This document shows positions 29,489 through 38,962 of a stretch of DNA of 64,000 bases, piece by piece. Below the pieces are notes generated by a model. That model did no database searches and was not told the DNA's origin. It was given only the letters and a program-made list of their open reading frames with translations. The stretch comes from Clostridiales bacterium (GTDB taxonomy: Bacteria; Bacillota; Clostridia; Christensenellales; Pumilibacteraceae), in NCBI GenBank assembly GCA_022508365.1, contig JAFLVH010000004.1:275-64274 (forward strand), in the 5' to 3' direction. Each line of letters starts with the position of its first letter. Positions within the stretch are counted from its first letter, which is position 1. A program made the position numbers and the translations under genes.

Positions 29489-32167
29489 ATGACTATAAGC
29501 AAAAAAATCAGATATGTTATTATAATGATGCTGTCGGTGGCGCTTGTCGCTGTCGGGGTAATTATGCTGCCGTCCGCGGCGGCAATAGCCGAAGAAGCGG
29601 GCTTTGTGAAGCTTTCCCCCGTGAAAACCGAGGGCGAAAACACCTACTTTTACTTTGATAATCCCCTGTCCGTCTATGCCGACGGCGAGGTGAAAATCGT
29701 CTCCGGGCAAAACGGCATTTACTTTGTATCCGAATCCGCCGAAACCGGCGAAACGGAAATTTCGCATAGAGTGACGCCTGCGGACAAGGTGTACCGTCGC
29801 ACCACACACCAAACCAATACCGAATATTTGATTGTACTGTACGACGGAAAAATCTCCGTGTTCGGCGCGGACGAGGAAGCTTTTGATTTTTCGCCGAGCG
29901 TGTCCGGCGATATAGTTGACTTTACCGTTTGGGAGGACAAGCTTTTTGCCGTCACACGCACGCAAGCGGTTGTCGCTCCCCTCACTACGACAGGCATAGA
30001 CAGCGACAACGCCTTTGTCTCCCCTCTTGCTTCCGGCATGCAAACTACGGTGACGGCAAGCAAGGTCACCGCCATGAAAGGCAAGCTTTACGTGTCGATT
30101 AAAGCGGTGTTCGGCAACAAGTGGGACGTCGGCGCAGTGGATATTTCCGAGCTTTCAAAAGGCGCTACCTGCAGACTGGAAAACGTACTCAACCAATCCA
30201 ACGAAATATTATCGCTCACCGCGTCCGACGAAAGCGCCGCTATCTACACGCTTACACGCAGCGAGATAGTGGGATACACCACCACAGGCGGCGGATTGCG
30301 CAGAGATTGCGTGACAGACGGCAGCGATATTACGGATATTTTTGCGTACGGCGACAGCGTGTACACTCTGGACGCGCTCAACGGGCTGCACGTAATGAAC
30401 AAAGACTTGTCTAGCGGTCGCGTTATTGTGGCGTCCGCAAGCGCCGGCGAAGGATTTTTTAACGTTCCCTACGGAATAGCCGCAAAAAATTCCACAATTT
30501 ACGTCGCCGACACGGTAAACAACAGAGTTGCTATCTACTCCGGCGGAAACATTCAGTACATAAGCCGAGAATTCCGCACTCCCGTTTCGGTCGCCGCCGA
30601 CAATGGCGGCACGCTGTACGTCGCTTATGACGATAACAAGGTTGGAATTTTCCATACCGGCGTATACACCCAATCAAGCGAATATACCGTTACTGCCGCT
30701 ACGCTAGGCATGATACGCCAAATTACCGTCGACGCCGACAAAAAACTGTATATCCTGTCCGACACCGGGCTGTGGTGGGTTGACGGCGATTACAATCTTC
30801 ACAGTTTGACAAAAGTTGTGTACGACGCGATTACGCTCAGCATAGGCAAAAACAATCTGTATGCGCTAAGCGGCGACAGCGTCGTAATGATTGACAAGTC
30901 CGACGGCACGGTCAAAAACACGCGCACAATAGAAAGCGGCGCTGTTTCCATAGCCGTAGACCTCAACGACACGGTGTTTGCGCTGTACCGCGATAAGATT
31001 GTCAGCGTAGACTCGGCAGAAAAAACCGTCGAATTCGCGCTCACACTGGACGGCGAGGCTTATACCCTAGGCGATCGCATGGGAAAAATAGTTCTCTGCT
31101 TTATGGAGAACGGTCTGGACGAAGAAACCAACAATTACGCGATTATCCTTGACACGTTTAGGCACCGCATCCTAAAGGCGGACGGAAACAGCCTTAACGC
31201 GAGGTTTGTAGACACGTCGTACGAATCCCCCGATATTGTGGGCAGCGCCGATGCGGCGGACGCCCAAAACGGCATCATTTACAAGGTGCGGTTTGACACG
31301 GCGCTGTTTGACTACCCTATTGAAACAAAGTCCGATTACACTCTGCATGGCGGCGGATACGTAATTATGCCCGATTACAGCATTGTCGCGCCCGATTATA
31401 AACCCGAGGAAACACCGGAGTTTGCGTTAGTGCTTGTGGACGACACGGAAAACAACAGACTGATTCAGGGCTATGTGTACAGAGACGCGCTTACTAAGGT
31501 TCCATACACAGATCCCCCGTCAAGTATTTGCACGGTCACAGGCGAGCTGGGTATTGCCGTGTATAAGTGGCCGAGCCGCAATGCCAAGCCCGTATCGGGC
31601 TATGCCGCGGTAGCCAAAAATACAAAATTTCCCATGCTTGACTTTGTGCAGACTGATACGGACAAAGAAAAATTCGGGCTTAGAGACGGGCGCGGATATT
31701 ATTGGTACAGAATACAATTGGACGACAGCGGCAAAGAGGGCTACGTGCTTGCTATTGACGTGATAACCACCGATTATAAACAAGCCAACATTTTGCCCGA
31801 CTACAACGCCGAAATTGTGGCCTACAAGGGCATCAAAGTAGCCAAAACTTACGACCGCGACGCAAGCGGAAATTACCATGAAGTCAGCGACGTCACGCTT
31901 AAAGCCGGCACCAAGGTGGAGGTTGTAGGCGCGTTTGACTCGTCAGAGCGCTACACCAAAATCAAATTTTTGGACGAAAAAACACACAAAACGGTCACTT
32001 GCTATGTGGAAACCGTGCATCTAAAGTACACGGGACTTAATATCGTGCTGATTGTTGCGCTAATTGTCATTGCCGTCACCGTCACTCTTGCCGTAATAAT
32101 AATATCAAGGGTGTACTACTCCAAAAAGAAAAGACTGAACGGCAACGACGAGGAAATTCAGGATTAA
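29489..32167 (+). CDS. Secreted, membrane-anchored NHL/beta-propeller protein with C-terminal SH3-like modules and TM anchor
   Basis: Signal peptide; FNVPYGIAAKNSTIYVADTVNNRV and PVSVAADNGGTLYVA NHL repeats; WYRI...EGYV modules; C-terminal IVLIVALIVIAVTVTLAVIII followed by basic residues. Confidence 0.75.
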   Translation: MTISKKIRYVIIMMLSVALVAVGVIMLPSAAAIAEEAGFVKLSPVKTEGENTYFYFDNPLSVYADGEVKIVSGQNGIYFVSESAETGETEISHRVTPADKVYRRTTHQTNTEYLIVLYDGKISVFGADEEAFDFSPSVSGDIVDFTVWEDKLFAVTRTQAVVAPLTTTGIDSDNAFVSPLASGMQTTVTASKVTAMKGKLYVSIKAVFGNKWDVGAVDISELSKGATCRLENVLNQSNEILSLTASDESAAIYTLTRSEIVGYTTTGGGLRRDCVTDGSDITDIFAYGDSVYTLDALNGLHVMNKDLSSGRVIVASASAGEGFFNVPYGIAAKNSTIYVADTVNNRVAIYSGGNIQYISREFRTPVSVAADNGGTLYVAYDDNKVGIFHTGVYTQSSEYTVTAATLGMIRQITVDADKKLYILSDTGLWWVDGDYNLHSLTKVVYDAITLSIGKNNLYALSGDSVVMIDKSDGTVKNTRTIESGAVSIAVDLNDTVFALYRDKIVSVDSAEKTVEFALTLDGEAYTLGDRMGKIVLCFMENGLDEETNNYAIILDTFRHRILKADGNSLNARFVDTSYESPDIVGSADAADAQNGIIYKVRFDTALFDYPIETKSDYTLHGGGYVIMPDYSIVAPDYKPEETPEFALVLVDDTENNRLIQGYVYRDALTKVPYTDPPSSICTVTGELGIAVYKWPSRNAKPVSGYAAVAKNTKFPMLDFVQTDTDKEKFGLRDGRGYYWYRIQLDDSGKEGYVLAIDVITTDYKQANILPDYNAEIVAYKGIKVAKTYDRDASGNYHEVSDVTLKAGTKVEVVGAFDSSERYTKIKFLDEKTHKTVTCYVETVHLKYTGLNIVLIVALIVIAVTVTLAVIIISRVYYSKKKRLNGNDEEIQD

Positions 32168-32212
32168 GGATTAAGAATTGAAAATAAGATTGCGCTGACG
32201 CGCGCATATAAA

Positions 32213-32238
32213 AATGACGGGTCCAACCACCCGTCATT
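32213..32238. terminator. Hairpin between convergent genes
   Basis: AATGACGGG-8 nt-CCCGTCATT, flanked by AGAATTA-type heptamers. Confidence 0.65.
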
Positions 32239-32266
32239 CTTAATTCTGCTTTTTTAAATCTTAATT

Positions 32267-32908
32267 CTATTCGTCGGAAGTCGAAGCGACTTCACTTTCC
32301 TTTTGTAAAAACTCCACCGAGCCGATGGAAAACTCGTATGCGGTGCGAAGCTCGCTCTCCCCGCCGTCCAGGCGTTTTGTGTATTGTCTGGACTGAATTC
32401 TTCCGCACACGTCAAGCTTTTGTCCGACGGGTGCGTTTTTTATAAGCCGAGCGTTTTTGCCCCAGGCTATACACGGGATATAGTCCGATTTGGCATACGC
32501 GCGGTTGACGGCGAGCAGCACGTCGCAAATTTCTCTATTGAACGGCGTAGTGCGGTATATCGGCGGCTTGCATATATAGCCGATTAGCTCCGCGGTATTG
32601 GGGTTTACGTCGTCCTGCGGCGGATTAATCTCTCGCGCAAACACGCTTAATATAAGCCGAGAACGCTCGCCTTCCGGGCGGTTAAAACTGCGAAACTGTC
32701 CGTTTACCGATATACAATCGTTAATGTTCAGGTTTTCTATCAACCCCTCCGCCGCAGTCACCGGTATTACGTCCAAATGTTCGGAAAGCCGCGGCACGTT
32801 CAGCTTGAACTCGTAAAAGCGCTCCCCGTACAGATCGTGCGAATACTCTATGTCGGAGCCTACATGCCCCTGCAAAAACACGGAATTGGTTGATTTGTCG
32901 TTTTTCAT
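32267..32908 (-). CDS. Clostridial tandem-OB single-stranded DNA-binding protein
   Basis: Two OB folds: YSHDLYGERFY...RLSEHLDVIP and IYRTTPFNREICD...SDYIPCIAWG...GRIQSRQY. Confidence 0.88.
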   Translation of the reverse strand: MKNDKSTNSVFLQGHVGSDIEYSHDLYGERFYEFKLNVPRLSEHLDVIPVTAAEGLIENLNINDCISVNGQFRSFNRPEGERSRLILSVFAREINPPQDDVNPNTAELIGYICKPPIYRTTPFNREICDVLLAVNRAYAKSDYIPCIAWGKNARLIKNAPVGQKLDVCGRIQSRQYTKRLDGGESELRTAYEFSIGSVEFLQKESEVASTSDE

Positions 32909-32914
32909 TAAAGT

Positions 32915-33682
32915 TTAACTCCTTATTTGTCTACCCGTATGATCTATGGTATAGTTGTCTTTGTAGATTAGCTCGCCCACAGTCTTGAACGTAAAGCCCT
33001 TTGCGCGAAGCCCGTCTATTATGGCGGGCAATGCGTCCAGCGTGTGCTTGCCGTCGTTGTGCATCAGCACGATGCTGCCGTTTTTGCACTTGCCGACTAT
33101 GCGCGAGGCGATTTGGTCCTTGGAAATCCCCTTCCAGTCCAGCGAATCCACGTCCCACTGTATGGTGTACAGTCCCTGTTCGGTAGCTACGTTTATAAGC
33201 GTATCCGAGTAATCGCCGTACGGCGGACGGAACAACTCCACCTTGCGCCCCGAAATGCTTTCTATAAGCGATTTGGATGTGGACAGCTCCAGCTCTATCT
33301 GACTTTTGGACAGCTTGGACATGTACGGATGAGTTGCGGAATGCGTGCCTATCTCTATCCTGTCGGAAGCGGCAAGCGTCTTTAGCTCGCTCTCGTACTT
33401 TTCCGCCCAAAAGCTGACCAAAAAGAATGTGGCGCACGCGTCCTTTTGCTCGAGCGTCTCAAGTATGCCGAGCGTCTTGTCCGCACCCCACGCCGCGTCA
33501 AATGTGAGCGCAACTGCCTTCTCCTCAGTTTCCACCGAGTATATGGGCACTTTTTTGGGGCTGATATTGCTGTAAATAGCCGCCGCGCCGGTGTAATACA
33601 CGCCCGTCACGGCAAGCGCAAGCACAACCGCCGTAAGTACGGCTATTATTATCGTCCGTCGTTTGACAACCAAAAACCTCAT
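32915..33682 (-). CDS. Polysaccharide deacetylase (PdaB-like, CE4)
   Basis: N-terminal TM; ALTFDAAWG, HSATHP, FRPPYG, WDVDSLDW, VLMHN. Confidence 0.9.
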   Translation of the reverse strand: MRFLVVKRRTIIIAVLTAVVLALAVTGVYYTGAAAIYSNISPKKVPIYSVETEEKAVALTFDAAWGADKTLGILETLEQKDACATFFLVSFWAEKYESELKTLAASDRIEIGTHSATHPYMSKLSKSQIELELSTSKSLIESISGRKVELFRPPYGDYSDTLINVATEQGLYTIQWDVDSLDWKGISKDQIASRIVGKCKNGSIVLMHNDGKHTLDALPAIIDGLRAKGFTFKTVGELIYKDNYTIDHTGRQIRS

Positions 33683-33815
33683 CGGACATCTCCACTATAA
33701 CATGATATTTCATGCGAATTATGGGAGCCTGTGCCGAATTAGCGCGTTTTTTGATATACGCCCGCCCCGATATTCGCATAAAATAATAGTATTCATAACG
33801 TGCAATTTATATGAC

Positions 33816-33843
33816 AAAAAAAAGCCGCGCTATTATGCGCGGC
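33816..33843 (-). terminator. Intrinsic terminator after the degV-family gene
   Basis: GCCGCGC-6 nt-GCGCGGC followed by a T-run on minus. Confidence 0.8.
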
Positions 33844-33887
33844 ATCAATTTGAAAATTTATCCTTATTTATAATTCTTAATTCTTAA

Positions 33888-34727
33888 TTAGTTATTCTTG
33901 CTCGCAAGAGTAACTATTCCAACCGTGCCGATACCTATATGCACGCCGCCCACAAGACACATGGGCTGAACCTCCACGTCGGTGATGCCGAGTCGCCTAC
34001 TTAAATGCTCTTTAAGCGGCGCAATATACTTGTCGTCGCCTATATAGTACAGCATTATACTTTCTATCTTTTCGGGCAGATGCGATATTGCCGCCTCCGC
34101 CGCGCGGTTAAAGCCTATGGACTTTGCGTAAATACATAAGTCGTTTTTTGCAAACTCAAAAACCGGCTTAAGTTTAAGAATGTTACCGAGGCACGACAAA
34201 AGCTTGTTTACCCTACCGCCGCGCGCAAGCTCCGTAAGCGACGCCGGAATAAACTGCATGGCTATGCGCTGCTGTAAATCCGCCGCAAGCTCCAAAATCT
34301 GCTCAAACGACGCGCCGTCCTCGCGCGCCTTAACCACCTCGCGCATGAACATAAGCGCAGACGGACCTGCCTCGCCGGAGTTGACCGCAACTATTTTCTT
34401 TCCTTCAAACTGCGAAACCGCTACATTCGCCGAGCCAATAGCACCACTGAGCCTATCAGCAATAGTAAATATAATTATTTCGCTGTCCTCGTCCTCTGCG
34501 TATATTTGCTCTATCGCTTTTACGTATTTGTCGGGAGAAGGCTGACTGGTCTTTCCAATGCCTTTATTGCTTGAAAGCTTTTGGTACAGCTCGGGCCAAC
34601 TGTCGTGAAAGCCCTCCTCGAACTCCTCACTCCCGATTAACACCGTAAGACTGACAACCTTTATATCATATTGCTCTACATATTCGCGCGTCAACCCGAA
34701 CGTAGAATCAACAATAAATTTAACCAT
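33888..34727 (-). CDS. DegV family fatty-acid-binding protein
   Basis: IVDST, KTSQPSP, LSG, VVNS-like segment, L..L..GGR, LKLKP, GVHIG.G.VG. Confidence 0.88.
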   Translation of the reverse strand: MVKFIVDSTFGLTREYVEQYDIKVVSLTVLIGSEEFEEGFHDSWPELYQKLSSNKGIGKTSQPSPDKYVKAIEQIYAEDEDSEIIIFTIADRLSGAIGSANVAVSQFEGKKIVAVNSGEAGPSALMFMREVVKAREDGASFEQILELAADLQQRIAMQFIPASLTELARGGRVNKLLSCLGNILKLKPVFEFAKNDLCIYAKSIGFNRAAEAAISHLPEKIESIMLYYIGDDKYIAPLKEHLSRRLGITDVEVQPMCLVGGVHIGIGTVGIVTLASKNN

Positions 34728-34884
34728 ATACCACCGCCGTGCAGTAATTTAATATGTTTGTTAATCTGCCACTAAATCATAATCAATCGACACTATCATT
34801 ATACCATACTTTTTCTTTTTGAGCAACGCTTATTTGAAAATTGCTCAAATAAATTGCAAATGAATTTAAAAAATTATGTCAAAG

Positions 34885-34976
34885 TTATATTTCTATAAAG
34901 TTAAATTATGGTTTTATACCATGATAATTATAGTTTTATATAGTCTAAATTATGGTTTTATACCATGATAATTATG
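34885..34976. repeat. 22-bp periodic tandem repeat array between divergent degV and gdhA
   Basis: TTATGGTTTTATACCATGATAA at 34906 and 34950, variant TTATAGTTTTATATAGTCTAAA at 34928, degenerate units on each side. Confidence 0.8.
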
Positions 34977-35065
34977 AAAGAATATCTACAAAACAGCATT
35001 AAATTATACTAATATATTCACAAAAACAGTCGAACAAATTTTTCTTAAAAAATACACAAAAATAC

Positions 35066-35094
35066 TTGACAAACCTATTTTTCGCTAATATAAT
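35066..35094 (+). promoter_or_regulatory. Consensus sigma-A promoter of gdhA
   Basis: TTGACA-17 bp-TATAAT. Confidence 0.85.
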
Positions 35095-35124
35095 TTAAAT
35101 CGTTAGCAAGGGCGCTGTATCTAG

Positions 35125-36480
<1,356 letters not shown>

Positions 36481-36494
36481 AAATTTATACCGAT

Positions 36495-36528
36495 AAACAC
36501 GCAAGCAAATTGTGCTTGCGTGTTTTTT
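36495..36528 (+). terminator. gdhA terminator
   Basis: AAACACGCAAGCA-AATTG-TGCTTGCGTGTTT followed by a T-run. Confidence 0.85.
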
Positions 36529-36609
36529 GTTTAACGTGTTTTTATTTAATGTGTAACATTTCCGTATTATTGTTGTCTATATAAGTAAGAAACTAATTCG
36601 AGGTGTTTC

Positions 36610-37938
36610 ATGAACGAAAACGTCAAAAAGTCAATAGCGGCAACGCTTGCCGCGGCGTGCGCTCTGTCCGTTTGTTCTTGCGGAAAAGACGGCGCCGTTG
36701 CCAAATCCACAGTGCTGGGCACCGCCGCTACGGCACAGCCCCTATCTCACGCGCAAAATATCGATTCCGCTTTTTGTTCGTTTAAGTCGGGCGTAGAGGA
36801 TTTTTCGGCAAGGTTTGCCGCCGCCACATATTCCGGTACAAACTATGCCGTTTCTCCTGTGTCAGTGTACATGGCGCTCTCCCTCGCGGCGGCGTGTGCG
36901 GACGGACAGACAAAGACGGAAATTCTTGACGCGCTCGGCACGGACGGCATCAATCTTGCGGAGGACGTTGCTCTCCTGTACCGCTCACTCAACGAAGAAT
37001 ATACCGTCTATGACGGCTACAAAGGAAGCAAGGTAACAGGCATGATTCGGCTCGGCAACTCCGTTTGGGTTAACAGCGGAACAACCGTCAAGCAATCCTG
37101 CATTGAAGAATTGGCGGAAAAATTCTATTGCTATTCTTATTCGGCGGACTTCAAAAACGACAATCAAAGCGCAAACCAAGCTGTGCGCGAGTTTGTTTCC
37201 GAGCAGACCAAGGGGCTCATAAACAAGGATTTCGAGCTGAGCGCCGACACCCTTTTCGCGCTTATAAACACGCTGTACTTAAAAGACGTCTGGCGCAGGC
37301 ACGGCGAAGACTTATTCATGACCGATCCGATGACCTTTTCCGGCAAAAACCAAGACAAAACCGTAAAATTCTTGTCAGGATATTATTGTTACGGCCGCGC
37401 CCTCGTCACCGATGAATATTCCGCCTTTTACACAACCACCGCCAACGGAAACAGGTTAAAGTTTATAGTTCCCAACGACGGGTATACGATAGACCAAGTG
37501 TTTACCGCCGAAAATATCTTTACAGTCAACACTCACAGCTTCAGCGATAACGCGGTGGACCACGACAACAAGCTGAGATACCATACGCGTTGTCTGTTTC
37601 CCGAATACAAAGCAAAATTCGACAAAGACGTAGCGCCTGTGCTTAAAAATGATTTCGGCATTAAGCAGCTGTTTGACGCCGGCAGATGCAAGCTTACATC
37701 GCTGACCGACGAAAGAGCTTACTGCAGTAAGGTCCGACACGTGACCGACCTTACCGTCAACAAAAAAGGCATAGAGGGCGCCGCTGTCACCGTTGAGCCT
37801 ATGACAGGCGCCGGCGCGCCCGGTGAAGACGAGTACGAGGATGTTTACCAAACCTTTACCGTTGACAAGTCGTTCGGATTTATCATTACTAACTATTACG
37901 ACACTACCCTTTTTTCGGGAGTAATAACCGATTTGTAA
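36610..37938 (+). CDS. Serpin family lipoprotein
   Basis: Lipobox-like LSVCSC; SPVSVYMALS, NSVW, TKGLI, LINTLYLKDVW, hinge GIEGAAVT, C-terminal FTVDKSFGFII...LFSG. Confidence 0.9.
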   Translation: MNENVKKSIAATLAAACALSVCSCGKDGAVAKSTVLGTAATAQPLSHAQNIDSAFCSFKSGVEDFSARFAAATYSGTNYAVSPVSVYMALSLAAACADGQTKTEILDALGTDGINLAEDVALLYRSLNEEYTVYDGYKGSKVTGMIRLGNSVWVNSGTTVKQSCIEELAEKFYCYSYSADFKNDNQSANQAVREFVSEQTKGLINKDFELSADTLFALINTLYLKDVWRRHGEDLFMTDPMTFSGKNQDKTVKFLSGYYCYGRALVTDEYSAFYTTTANGNRLKFIVPNDGYTIDQVFTAENIFTVNTHSFSDNAVDHDNKLRYHTRCLFPEYKAKFDKDVAPVLKNDFGIKQLFDAGRCKLTSLTDERAYCSKVRHVTDLTVNKKGIEGAAVTVEPMTGAGAPGEDEYEDVYQTFTVDKSFGFIITNYYDTTLFSGVITDL

Positions 37939-37960
37939 ACCTACTGAAAGATTGCTGCAT

Positions 37961-38377
37961 TTAAGCGCTGCGCGAAGCGGCGCTTTTGCTTTTTGCCTTA
38001 AACTTCTTAACAAGCCCGTATATTATCTTGCCCAAAAGCACCGTGCCGAGAAGCATTAAAAACGCGCCGTAGCACGCGCGAAGCACGTATCCGCCCGAAT
38101 ACTTTGCCAAAAAGCTTCCGCCCACCGCGCCGATAACCGCCAAAAGTATTATGTGCACGCTCTTGCCGAACGCGACGTAACCGTTTTTTCTGTGAATAAA
38201 CAGCGCCACAACCGACATAGGGACAAAAGCTATCAGATTGACCGCTTGGGCAAGATGTTGATTAAGCCCCGCGGCAAGGGTCAAAAGCGGAATAAGAAGA
38301 GTTCCTCCGCCCATGCCCATGCCGCCTATTATTCCGCCGAAAAACGACACCACTATTATTACCTGCTGCGGCGTCAT
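37961..38377 (-). CDS. TauE/SafE (TSUP) family half-size membrane protein
   Basis: GGMGMGGGTLLIPLL, HLAQAVNL; 4 TM segments. Confidence 0.85.
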   Translation of the reverse strand: MTPQQVIIVVSFFGGIIGGMGMGGGTLLIPLLTLAAGLNQHLAQAVNLIAFVPMSVVALFIHRKNGYVAFGKSVHIILLAVIGAVGGSFLAKYSGGYVLRACYGAFLMLLGTVLLGKIIYGLVKKFKAKSKSAASRSA

Positions 38378-38736
38378 ACTATCACCAACTTTACGCCTAT
38401 AGCTATCATCATCAGCGCAAAAATAATTCCGATTGCCGTCGGGTTTAGCTTATTTAAAAGCGCCGCGCCCACTATTCCGCCCAGCACGACGCCTATGCAC
38501 GCGCACAGCACTGTCCGCCCCTCAAAAAACCCCGACGCGATATAGATAGCCGCGCTTATTATACATATGGGCAAGATTACAAGCAGAGCCGTGGCATGCG
38601 CCTTTTTTTCGTCCAGTCCGCTTAAAGACAGCAGCGGTACGGCAAGCATTCCGCCGCCGCCCCCGAAAAATCCGGATACCATCCCGACGGCAACGCTTCC
38701 GCCCCAAATCAGCATTGTTTTTGCTTTATCGTTCAT
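38374..38736 (-). CDS. TauE/SafE (TSUP) family half-size membrane protein
   Basis: SGFFGGGGGMLAVP, KKAHATAL; likely start ATG at 38736; ATGA overlap with its partner. Confidence 0.85.
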   Translation of the reverse strand: MNDKAKTMLIWGGSVAVGMVSGFFGGGGGMLAVPLLSLSGLDEKKAHATALLVILPICIISAAIYIASGFFEGRTVLCACIGVVLGGIVGAALLNKLNPTAIGIIFALMMIAIGVKLVIV

Positions 38737-38890
38737 TGTAAATAGTTTTGCGTATGTTTGCAAAAAATAAACATGACGTCGCCCTCGCCTAAAACGGCGC
38801 AAAAAGCGCAATGACCTAAAAGATTTTGTCCGACATTCCCCGATAGTGACAAAATATTTTGCAAGAGTGTCGATTTATGCCCAAAATCAT

Positions 38891-38919
38891 TTGCAATTTA
38901 CTCTAACATATTATATAAT
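38891..38919 (+). promoter_or_regulatory. Putative sigma-A promoter
   Basis: TTGCAA-17 bp-TATAAT. Confidence 0.6.
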
Positions 38920-38962
38920 ATAAAACGTATAAGAAAAACTATATATTTTTAAAGGTGTTTAC

